From positions 10,668 to 74,667 of the forward strand of contig JBOGWA010000128.1 in the NCBI GenBank assembly GCA_050693155.1: a DNA stretch of 64,000 nt. The letters run 5' to 3'. The DNA is from Actinomycetota bacterium (lineage in GTDB: Bacteria > Actinomycetota > UBA4738 > CALAEC01). This document shows positions 38,466-46,291 of the stretch, one piece after another. Within the stretch, counting starts at the first letter, position 1, and every line of letters begins with the position of its first letter. The translations under genes and the position numbers were made by a program. The notes under the pieces were generated by a model. The model saw only the letters and a list, made by a program, of their open reading frames with translations. It was not told the origin of the DNA and ran no database searches.

Positions 38466-40051
38466 CCGACTCCCTCCCCGCGGTTCTCGAAACGGCGACC
38501 GAGGCCAACCCCCAGAGGCTTGCGGTTGCCGATTCCCGTCTGTCCATGACCTATGCGGACCTGGAGCGTCAGGCGAATCGGCTGGCGCACCTTCTCAGGG
38601 ATCTCGGGGTGAAGAAAGGTGACCGCGTCGGTGTCTACCTCGAGAAGTCGTGCGAATCGCTCGTCGGTGTCTACGGGGCGATGAAGGCGGGGGCTGCGTA
38701 CGTCCCCCTCGACCCGTTCAGCCCGGCGAAGCGGCTCGCCTACATCGGTCGAGACTGCGGTATCCGAACGCTCTTGACTGGAGCGGAAATGGCCGAGACC
38801 TGGCCGGCGCTCATCGCCGAGGGGGCGGCGATCGACCATCTGGTGGTGCTGAACGAGCCCGAGGGACGCCTTCCCGGCGAGATTTCCGGCCCCCGCGGAA
38901 TCGGGACTGCGTCGCTGCTCGAGATGCCGGACGCGCCTCCAACGCACCCGCCGGGCGACGGGGATCTCGCCTACATCCTCTACACGTCGGGGTCGACGGG
39001 GAACCCGAAGGGGGTGATGCTCACCCACCGAAATGCGCTCGCATTCGTTGAGTGGGCCGCCTCGGAGTTAGCGCTGACGCCCGAGGATCGGCTCTCGAGC
39101 CACGCTCCGCTGCATTTCGACCTGTCGATCTTCGACCTGTTCGCAGCCGCCCGAGCTGGAGCTTCGCTTTGCCTCGTCCCGAGCGAAGTGGCGCTCTTTC
39201 CTGTCCAGCTTGCCGCCTGGATCGACGAGCAGCAGATTTCGGTTTGGTATTCGGTGCCCTCCGCCCTCTCCATGCTCGTCGATCGAGGGAGGCTCGAGCC
39301 GGGTGCGTTCCCCCGTCTTCGCACCGTGCTGTTCGCTGGCGAGGTCTTCCCGAAGAAGTTCCTCCGTCGGCTCATGCAGCTTGTGCCGCATGCACGCTTC
39401 TACAACCTGTACGGACCGACCGAGACCAACGTGTGCACGTTCCATGCCGTGCGCTCCTCGGAGGTTGACGATTCGTCCGAGATCCCGATCGGGAAGGCGA
39501 TCAGCGATGTCGAGGTCTTCGCGGTAACCGAGCGAGACCGTGTTGCGGCTCCGGGTGAGGTGGGTGAGCTCTTCGTTCGGGGCCCGAGCGTGATGCAAGG
39601 CTACTGGGGAGATACCGAACGGACCGCCCGGGTGCTCGTTTCGAATCCGATCGATCGAGCTTCGCGGGATCTCGTCTACCGAACGGGTGACCTCGTGCGG
39701 CTGGAGCGGGACGGAAACTATTCCTTCCTGGGTCGCCGTGATGCGCAGATCAAGAGCCGTGGGTACCGCATCGAGCTTGGTGAGATCGAGAGTGTGTTGA
39801 ACGCGCATCCGGCAGTACTTGAGTCGGCCGTCGTCGCGGTCCCGGATGAGCTGCTGACGAACAGGATCAAGGCCTTCGTCGTCGCCGGCCAGAAAGTCCC
39901 TGCCGGGGATCTCGCGCGCTTCTGCGTCGAGCGGATTCCCCGCTACATGGTGCCAGAAGAGTTCGAGTTCCTCTCGCGACTTCCGAAGACATCAACGGGC
40001 AAGATCGACCGCCAGGCCCTTCGTCCCCAGGAGTCCTCTAACCCGGCATAA
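38462..40051 (+). CDS. Free-standing amino-acid adenylation enzyme (NRPS A-domain; candidate L-prolyl-AMP ligase)
   Basis: 530 aa from the GTG at 38462; the track ORF has a 139-aa extension. Core motifs A3 LAYILYTSGSTGNPKG, A4 FDLS, A5 NLYGPTE, A7 YRTGDL, A8 GRRDAQIKSRGYRIELGEIE and A10 PRYMVP...TSTGKIDR. By-eye Stachelhaus code D-L-F-Y-L-A-L-V-C-K. Confidence 0.85.
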   Translation: MTDSLPAVLETATEANPQRLAVADSRLSMTYADLERQANRLAHLLRDLGVKKGDRVGVYLEKSCESLVGVYGAMKAGAAYVPLDPFSPAKRLAYIGRDCGIRTLLTGAEMAETWPALIAEGAAIDHLVVLNEPEGRLPGEISGPRGIGTASLLEMPDAPPTHPPGDGDLAYILYTSGSTGNPKGVMLTHRNALAFVEWAASELALTPEDRLSSHAPLHFDLSIFDLFAAARAGASLCLVPSEVALFPVQLAAWIDEQQISVWYSVPSALSMLVDRGRLEPGAFPRLRTVLFAGEVFPKKFLRRLMQLVPHARFYNLYGPTETNVCTFHAVRSSEVDDSSEIPIGKAISDVEVFAVTERDRVAAPGEVGELFVRGPSVMQGYWGDTERTARVLVSNPIDRASRDLVYRTGDLVRLERDGNYSFLGRRDAQIKSRGYRIELGEIESVLNAHPAVLESAVVAVPDELLTNRIKAFVVAGQKVPAGDLARFCVERIPRYMVPEEFEFLSRLPKTSTGKIDRQALRPQESSNPA

Positions 40052-40059
40052 TTGGTCCC

Positions 40060-40341
40060 GTGACGCTCGCGCCCCGCATCCTCGAATTCGTGAAGAACGA
40101 AGTGCTCGTAGAGGATCACGAGATGCCGATCTCCGACGACACCCCACTGCTTCGCGGCCTCGTGGACTCTGTCAACCTGTTTCGGCTCGTCGCGTTCTTG
40201 GAGGAGGAGTTCGATATCGAGATCGACGAGCTGGAGATCACCGCTGAGAACTTCGGCACGATCGCCGACATCGCGCGCCTGGTGGACCGGACGCGTCGTG
40301 ACACGCCAGAACAGTCTGACCCCGGTTCCCCGTCTACGTAA
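40060..40341 (+). CDS. Small peptidyl/aminoacyl carrier protein (type II PCP, DltC/PltL-like)
   Basis: 93 aa, GTG start. Phosphopantetheine-attachment motif GLVDSVNLFRLV and an acidic helical protein. Confidence 0.75.
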   Translation: MTLAPRILEFVKNEVLVEDHEMPISDDTPLLRGLVDSVNLFRLVAFLEEEFDIEIDELEITAENFGTIADIARLVDRTRRDTPEQSDPGSPST

Positions 40342-40375
40342 AAGCCAGGCCAGCCAACGCGTCCGAAGGGTTTCT

Positions 40376-41065
40376 TCACGGCTCCCTGCGGAACAGGACG
40401 TAGACCATGTCGACGTGTTTCCTGCCGAGCGGGTACCGGATCTTCTGAACGGCAAGGGTTTTCAGGGTGGGCGCGGCGAGGTCTGGAAGCAGGGACTCCA
40501 AGGGCGCCTCGTTTCGGAGAAAGCGTCTGATGAGGGTTCGAACGACGGGAACGGGAATCCTGTTGATGCGCCCGAGTCGCGCACAGTACAGCTGAAACAA
40601 GCCTCCCGGCCTGAGGAGCCGGCAAACGGCCTCGAAATAGTCGGGCCACTCCGAGGGCGGAACGTGGTGGAGACATCCTCGGTCGAACACGAACGTGAAC
40701 GTGCCGTCTTTGAAGGGGATCCGCGGCGCCTCTGCAACGAGATATGAGACCTTCCCACCGACCGTGCCGTTGGCTTCCCTGGCCTGCATGAGCGCGCCAA
40801 TGGCCACGTCGAGGCCGACGACCCGCTCTAGATGGCGCCCCAGGTAGTTCGTCACGACTCCGGAACCGCAGCCAACATCGAGCGCGAGACCCTGTGGCAG
40901 CTCGCGACTCTCCTCGAGGAGCCGAAGCTCTGGGGGCGGCTCGGCAAGGTACCACCCGAACTCTGAAGCGCGCCTCCTTGACCATTCGACTTCCCAGTGT
41001 CCCCGCTGTTCGCTGGGCCCCGGCGGTCCCTGACTGTTCCGCTCTTCTGGATGGCTCGAGATCAA
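40376..41065 (-). CDS. Class I SAM-dependent methyltransferase
   Basis: SAM-binding motif LDVGCGSGV plus post-I/II motifs. I propose a TTG start at complement 41063..41065, overlapping the stop of the upstream thioesterase (TTGA). The track ORF is 117 aa longer. Confidence 0.6.
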   Translation of the reverse strand: MISSHPEERNSQGPPGPSEQRGHWEVEWSRRRASEFGWYLAEPPPELRLLEESRELPQGLALDVGCGSGVVTNYLGRHLERVVGLDVAIGALMQAREANGTVGGKVSYLVAEAPRIPFKDGTFTFVFDRGCLHHVPPSEWPDYFEAVCRLLRPGGLFQLYCARLGRINRIPVPVVRTLIRRFLRNEAPLESLLPDLAAPTLKTLAVQKIRYPLGRKHVDMVYVLFRREP

Positions 41066-41532
41066 ACCGGGGCTCCGGGAGTCGCCTCTTCTTCGGCCAC
41101 CACGGGCTCGGCGAGGGAGGCGCGGCGGCCGGGGAGGATCATCGAGGTGCCGACCGCCGCCGCGACCCGCTTTCCTTCGGCGTTCACGACCTCGCAGACC
41201 GCGGTCGCGAGGGTCTTCCCTCGATGGTCGATCGTCGCCCTCGCCTCGAGGTCTCGGCCGTCGGGTTCCACGGGACGGAAGAAGTTCATCTTGATGTCGA
41301 GTGGGGCGAAGGCCGTTCCGGCAGGCACCGTTGTCAGGACGGCGCCCTGCATCGCGAGTTCCGCGACGAACACGATCGCGCCGCCCTGGACACGCCGGAG
41401 AGGTGAGTTGAGCCACTCGGTCGTGGGAAGTGTCTGCGTGGCCCTCCCTTCCTCAGCATCAACCGGGCGAGATCCCGTGAGGTAGTAGAGCGGGGGAGCC
41501 GGCAACCTTCCGTCGATCCATTCTTGCATCAT
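41062..41532 (-). CDS. Hotdog-fold thioesterase (PaaI/4HBT-like)
   Basis: 156 aa. Contains VQGGAIVFVAELAMQG, a hotdog core. It overlaps the upstream paralog by 74 nt, so the start is uncertain. Confidence 0.6.
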   Translation of the reverse strand: MMQEWIDGRLPAPPLYYLTGSRPVDAEEGRATQTLPTTEWLNSPLRRVQGGAIVFVAELAMQGAVLTTVPAGTAFAPLDIKMNFFRPVEPDGRDLEARATIDHRGKTLATAVCEVVNAEGKRVAAAVGTSMILPGRRASLAEPVVAEEEATPGAPV

Positions 41533-42172
41533 CTGGAGACCGCTCCATGCGGTCCCACACCTCCTGCGGGATCGGCTCGCCCATCACCGGGCGCTCCCAC
41601 GGATCGGGCGTGTCGTAGGAAGGAATCTCCGGCGCGTAATCATCCGGCGGAGGGTCGGGCGCCGGATCGAGCGGCGGGAAGACGTAACAACGGGAGGTCC
41701 CGTGCGCCAGCATCCGCTCGTGCTCGTCGTAGAGGAACGTTTCCGAGAGGCCGATCGAGCGTCCGACGTGGATCAATTGCCCGTGCGCGGAGATCCGACC
41801 GCTCCGGACCGTGGCCGGCCGAAGAAACGTCATCGAGAGTTCCGCCGTCGTGTACGCGGTCGCAGGCGGAAGGGCCGAATGGACCGCCGTGCCGAGCGGG
41901 GCGTCGGCGAGCATGGCGAGGACCCCACCCGGAATGACGCCCGCGGGAGATTGGAGCCACGGACTCGCCGGCATCGAAAACGCTGACGTGCCCTCGCCTA
42001 TCTGGTCGAACCAGATGCCGATGAGATGAGAGACCGGCGGTCGCGGTCCGAGGAACTTGAGCCCGGTGCGGAGCTGCTCCAACCCCGTGAGGCCGAAAAG
42101 GCGTAGGTCGCCGTATCCGCCCCGCGCCGGCTCGCTCGTCGCGATGGGCTCCGGGAAGGGCGATGGACTCAT
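41459..42172 (-). CDS. Hotdog-fold thioesterase (PaaI/DUF4442-like), tandem paralog
   Basis: GVIPGGVLAMLADAPLG motif. I chose the ATG at complement 42170..42172; the track GTG is at 42187. Confidence 0.6.
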   Translation of the reverse strand: MSPSPFPEPIATSEPARGGYGDLRLFGLTGLEQLRTGLKFLGPRPPVSHLIGIWFDQIGEGTSAFSMPASPWLQSPAGVIPGGVLAMLADAPLGTAVHSALPPATAYTTAELSMTFLRPATVRSGRISAHGQLIHVGRSIGLSETFLYDEHERMLAHGTSRCYVFPPLDPAPDPPPDDYAPEIPSYDTPDPWERPVMGEPIPQEVWDRMERSPDDARMDRRKVAGSPALLPHGISPG

Positions 42173-42224
42173 GCGTGAGGAACCCACTTGGGGCCGACTG
42201 TCGGCCGAGCTAGTGAGCCTTCCC

Positions 42225-42932
42225 TCAGCTCACGGGTTCGGGGTCGACTGCGGAGAGGAAGCCCCACCAGGCCTCGAGGGCATCCTCGGTGGCGCCAACG
42301 GCGGCTTCCGGCTCGTCCTCCGCGAGTTCCTCGAGCATCGCGCGCTCGGCGCCCGAATGCTCCACATCGAGCCGCTCGTGGACCTCGAAGAACCCCGTGG
42401 TCCGGCCATCATCGATCCCGTAGTGCTTCCGCAGCCCGTCGATCTTCACACGAGAAACGGCCGGCACTTGTGCTTCGTAGGCATGGATCGCGGCGATCCC
42501 GGCAGCGACGGGCTCGCGGGCCGAGGTCCTCCGGTACGTCTCGACCAGCGTTCGCGTGGCCTCGTTTCGCTGCGAAGAGCGGACGTCGTCCCGTCCGACG
42601 CCCATCCCTTCGGCGAACTGGAGCCATAGCTCGGCGTGGTTTTCCTCCCCGTGCTCCTCATCCCACAGGTTCTCCAGCAGATGTTTGCGAACGAGCGGGT
42701 TCTCCGATCTCGAATGGATCGCCGAGAGAAACCGTGGGAATTCCGATTCGAAGGCGTAGTACTGACGGGCGTACTCCTGGATGGCTTCTTTCGGGAGCGT
42801 CCCCGCGTCCCACTTCTTGTAGAGCGGATGGGAAAGCAGATGGCGCTCCTGGATCATGCGATCGATCGTGTCGATGACGGCCACAGCGTCTCCTCCTTGT
42901 ATGTTGTCCGTGGGGCCCCAACAGACTCCCAC
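42225..42932 (-). CDS. CADD-like heme-oxygenase-like di-metal oxygenase (PqqC/TenA fold); homolog of the Chlamydia self-sacrificing p-aminobenzoate synthase
   Basis: 235 aa, GTG start. Aligns along nearly its full length with CADD/CT610 as I recall it. All six metal ligands are conserved (WDEEHGEENH, YEAQ, HERLDVEH). The sacrificial Tyr context (PLYKKW versus TFYVKW) and the Lys in RVKIDGL are also conserved. Confidence 0.75.
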   Translation of the reverse strand: MGVCWGPTDNIQGGDAVAVIDTIDRMIQERHLLSHPLYKKWDAGTLPKEAIQEYARQYYAFESEFPRFLSAIHSRSENPLVRKHLLENLWDEEHGEENHAELWLQFAEGMGVGRDDVRSSQRNEATRTLVETYRRTSAREPVAAGIAAIHAYEAQVPAVSRVKIDGLRKHYGIDDGRTTGFFEVHERLDVEHSGAERAMLEELAEDEPEAAVGATEDALEAWWGFLSAVDPEPVS

Positions 42933-43020
42933 TCCGCCCCCCTTCGATCAACCCCTTCCCAACCCGGTGAGCCTGCTTGTCCCCCCCCGGTGGGCCGGCG
43001 GCGGGAATCGTGCATCGCCG

Positions 43021-43026
43021 TAGAAT
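43021..43026 (+). promoter_or_regulatory. Candidate -10 element TAGAAT about 29 nt upstream of the thiolase GTG (which has RBS GAAAGGAG)
   Basis: Hexamer read from the sequence. No convincing -35 element. Confidence 0.25.
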
Positions 43027-43054
43027 GAGGACCAGACCGGGAAAGGAGTCGCGC

Positions 43055-44251
43055 GTGGGTGGATCGGTGATTGTTGCGGGGGCGAGGACCCCGATCGGGA
43101 AGTTCGGCGGCGGGTTCAAGGACCTGCCCGCGGTGGACCTGGGCGCAGCCGCGATCAAAGAAGCGCTCACGCGCGCCGGCATTCCGCCCGAACAGGTGGA
43201 CTACGTCCTGATGGGGCAGGTGATCCAGGCAGGCGCCGGGCAGATCACCGCGCGGCAGGCAGCGATCAAGGCGGGCATTCCGAAAGAAGTCCCGGCGATC
43301 ACGATCAACAAGGTTTGCCTCTCGGGCTTGAACGCGATCGCGCTCGCCGATCAGCTCATTCGAGCGGGGGAGATTGAGATCGCCGTCGCGGGAGGGATGG
43401 AGTCGATGGATCAGGCCCCCTACCTGCTCCCGTCGGCGCGGTTCGGGGCGAGGATGGGCAACGTCGAGTTGATCGACTCGATGATCTACGACGGACTCTG
43501 GTCGACATTTACCGACATGCACATGGGAGAGTCCTCGGATGACGTCAACTCCGAGCTGGGGATCGGCCGCGAGGAGCAGGATGCCTGGTCGGCGCGGAGC
43601 CACCAGCGAGCGAACGAAGCGTGGGAGGCGGGACGCATGAGCGAGGAGACCGTCCCGGTCGAGGTCCCACAGCGGAAGGGCGACCCGGTCGTGGTTGATC
43701 GCGACGAGGGCATCCGCCCCGACACCACAGCGGAGTCGCTTGCTTCGTTGAAGCCCGCATTCAAGAAGGACGGAACGATCACCGCCGGCAACGCCTCCCA
43801 GATCTCCGACGGCGGCGCGGCCGTCGTCGTGATGAGCCGGGAGCGGGCTGAGGGGTTCGGCCTCGAGCCGCTCGTGGAAATCGTCGCCCACGGGATGAGC
43901 GCCGAACGCTTCCCGTATCTCCACACGGTTCCTGCCCTCGCGGTCGAAGCGGCGCTGAAGAAGGCGGGACTCGGGACGAAGGACCTCGGGCTCGTGGAGG
44001 TCAACGAGGCGTTCGCAGCCGTCTCGCTCAACGCGGCTCGGATGCTCGACGTCGACCAGGAGGTCGTAAACGTGAACGGCGGTGCGGTCGCGCTCGGGCA
44101 CCCGATCGGGATGAGCGGTGCGCGGCTCGTGCTGACGCTCGCGTACGAGATGCGGCGCCGCGGCGTCGACCATGGGGCAGCCGCCCTGTGTGGGGGCGGA
44201 GGCCAGGGCGACGCGCTGATCCTGCGCAGGCCGGGGGGTTCGGAGGGCTAG
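43055..44251 (+). CDS. Acetyl-CoA C-acetyltransferase (thiolase II)
   Basis: 398 aa from a GTG 6 nt after GAAAGGAG. N-terminus VIVAGARTPIGKFGG, active-site Cys (VCLSGLNAI), and C-terminal GGGQGDALIL. Confidence 0.9.
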   Translation: MGGSVIVAGARTPIGKFGGGFKDLPAVDLGAAAIKEALTRAGIPPEQVDYVLMGQVIQAGAGQITARQAAIKAGIPKEVPAITINKVCLSGLNAIALADQLIRAGEIEIAVAGGMESMDQAPYLLPSARFGARMGNVELIDSMIYDGLWSTFTDMHMGESSDDVNSELGIGREEQDAWSARSHQRANEAWEAGRMSEETVPVEVPQRKGDPVVVDRDEGIRPDTTAESLASLKPAFKKDGTITAGNASQISDGGAAVVVMSRERAEGFGLEPLVEIVAHGMSAERFPYLHTVPALAVEAALKKAGLGTKDLGLVEVNEAFAAVSLNAARMLDVDQEVVNVNGGAVALGHPIGMSGARLVLTLAYEMRRRGVDHGAAALCGGGGQGDALILRRPGGSEG

Positions 44252-44253
44252 CT

Positions 44254-45843
44254 GTGACTCTCGCCCGCCCGCTCCGCCGCTTCTTGCCCCTCTTGCTCGC
44301 GGTCCTACTCGTCCTCCCGAATCCAGCAGGAGCGGCGAAGGAACGCGACTGCCTCATCGAGATCGGCGGGGTCCACCTCCAACAAGCGACCATTCGAGAC
44401 ATCCAGAAGGCGCTTGCGACCGGTCGGCTGACGAGTCGCGCGCTGGTCGAGCGCTATCTGGACCGGATCGCCTTCTTCGATACCTCCGGGGCCTCCCTGA
44501 ACTCGGTGCGGGAGCTCCATCCCCAGGCGCTTCAGCAGGCGGCGAAGCTCGATCGCGAACGAGCGGCAGGCAAAGTACGAGGGCCGCTGCACGGCGTCGC
44601 CGTCCTCCTCAAGGACAACATCGGGACCGACGACGTACCCACGACGGCGGGTTCGATCGCGCTTGAGGACAGCATCCCGGAACGAGACGCGTTTCTCACG
44701 GCCCAGCTCCGAGCGGCCGGCGCCATCATCTTGGGAAAGGCGAACCTGTCGGAATTCGCGAACTGGGTGGACCTGTCGATGCCCTCGGGGTACAGCTCGC
44801 TCGGCGGGCAGGTCATCAACCCGTACGTGTTCGGAGCTACCCCCAGCGGTTCTTCCTCAGGTTCGGGCGTGGCCGCTGCGATGGCCCTGGCGACCGTAAC
44901 GGTGGGTACCGAGACGTCCGGAAGCATCATCTCGCCGAGCCAAGCGAACGGCGTCGTCGGCATCAAGCCCACGGTGGGGCTGATCAGCCGGGCGGGAATC
45001 ATTCCGTTGGCCGCGAGCTTCGACACGCCCGGTCCCATGACCCGGAACGTCACGGACGCCGCGATTCTCCTCGGCGCCATGACGGGCGTCGACCCACGCG
45101 ATCCAGCGACGGCCGCGAGCGAGGGTGAGCTTCCCGCGAATGGGGACTACGCGCGGTCCTTGCGACTCTCCGGCCTGAAGGGCGCGAGGCTCGGCTTCGA
45201 TCCGGACGACCGGCCGGGGTTCCAGGGCGACATCTGGGACCGGGCGATGGACGACCTTCGCGCCGCCGGGGCCGAGATCGTCGAGATCGACGGCCTCGAC
45301 AGCCTGTCGCTCGTAGGGCTCACGGAGATCGCGGCGATCCCCAACGAGTTCAAGGCCGGGCTGAACCAGTACCTGGCCGAGGAAGCCGACCCGCCCAGCG
45401 GAGTGCAGACCCTCTCCGACATCATTGCCTTCAACGAGCAACATCCGGACCGGGTGCGATACGGACAGCGGTTGCTCATCGCTTCTGATGCGACCCCGGG
45501 GAACATGACGGTCGGGATTCCGAACCGAGAACTTGCGATCCAGAGCGCTCGCGCCGCGATCGACGCGACATTCCTTCGGTATGAGCTCGACGCGGTGATC
45601 TCGCCGGGCGCGACGTATGTGAACGTGGGTGCGGCAGCCGGTTATCCCACGATCACCGTTCCTGCCGGGGGCGGATTGACCCCGATCAGTCTCTCCTTCC
45701 TTGGCCAGGCGTGGGACGAGCCCGACTTGATTCGGCTCGGCTATGCGTACGAGCAGACGAGCCTACGTCGGGCGCCGCCGACCGCTCTCAACCCCGGACT
45801 CTTTCCGAAAGGATGCAAGCCGCTACGCTCTGCGCGTGGCTGA
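44254..45843 (+). CDS. Amidase-signature-family amidase with an N-terminal signal peptide
   Basis: 529 aa from the GTG at 44254. Signal peptide LLLAVLLVLPNPAGAA, and a GGSSSGSG / Ser-cisSer-Lys signature region. Confidence 0.85.
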   Translation: MTLARPLRRFLPLLLAVLLVLPNPAGAAKERDCLIEIGGVHLQQATIRDIQKALATGRLTSRALVERYLDRIAFFDTSGASLNSVRELHPQALQQAAKLDRERAAGKVRGPLHGVAVLLKDNIGTDDVPTTAGSIALEDSIPERDAFLTAQLRAAGAIILGKANLSEFANWVDLSMPSGYSSLGGQVINPYVFGATPSGSSSGSGVAAAMALATVTVGTETSGSIISPSQANGVVGIKPTVGLISRAGIIPLAASFDTPGPMTRNVTDAAILLGAMTGVDPRDPATAASEGELPANGDYARSLRLSGLKGARLGFDPDDRPGFQGDIWDRAMDDLRAAGAEIVEIDGLDSLSLVGLTEIAAIPNEFKAGLNQYLAEEADPPSGVQTLSDIIAFNEQHPDRVRYGQRLLIASDATPGNMTVGIPNRELAIQSARAAIDATFLRYELDAVISPGATYVNVGAAAGYPTITVPAGGGLTPISLSFLGQAWDEPDLIRLGYAYEQTSLRRAPPTALNPGLFPKGCKPLRSARG

Positions 45844-46291
45844 GCTGAGCCCGAAGCCCGCGTCCGAGTCACAGGTCACTCTCGCCCAGCAGATGGGCAT
45901 CACCGACGCAAACCTCGCCGGGAACGTGCACGGCGGGACGATCATGAAGCTCGTGGACACGGCGGCCGGGCTCGCGGCCTCCAAGCACTGCGGAGGTCTC
46001 GCGGTCACGGCCGCGATGGATGAGATGTCCTTCATCGAGCCGGTCTTTGTCGGTGACGTGGTGACGGTCAAGGCCACCGTAAACGTCGCCTGGAGCACGT
46101 CGATGGAGGTCGGCGTTCGCGTCGAAGCCGAGAACGTTCGAAGCGGCCGGCACACGCACACCTCGAGCGCGTACCTTAGGCCGGCTCTTCGACCTTCTCG
46201 GCGAGCTCGATCGTGCAGGAAGCCTGCCCGCGCTTCTCGAGATACCGCTGGTGATATTCCTCGGCGGAGTAGAAGGTGTCGGCCGGCGTGA
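45836..46291 (+). CDS. Acyl-CoA thioesterase (YciA-like hotdog); the C-terminal ~40 codons look aberrant and may result from a frameshift
   Basis: GTG at 45836 overlaps the amidase stop. Hotdog core [16 protein letters not shown]...RHTHTSSAY. The tail after SSAYL is Arg/Pro-rich and runs antisense into msrA. Confidence 0.5.
   Translation: MAELSPKPASESQVTLAQQMGITDANLAGNVHGGTIMKLVDTAAGLAASKHCGGLAVTAAMDEMSFIEPVFVGDVVTVKATVNVAWSTSMEVGVRVEAENVRSGRHTHTSSAYLRPALRPSRRARSCRKPARASRDTAGDIPRRSRRCRPA

Noticed and set aside
38462-40341. Interpreting the A-domain plus carrier pair as DltA/DltC (D-alanylation of teichoic acids)
   Set aside because: No dltB or dltD genes are present. The specificity residues read as a Pro-type pyrrole code rather than a D-Ala code, and the gene directly upstream is an ACAD-like dehydrogenase, not part of a dlt operon.
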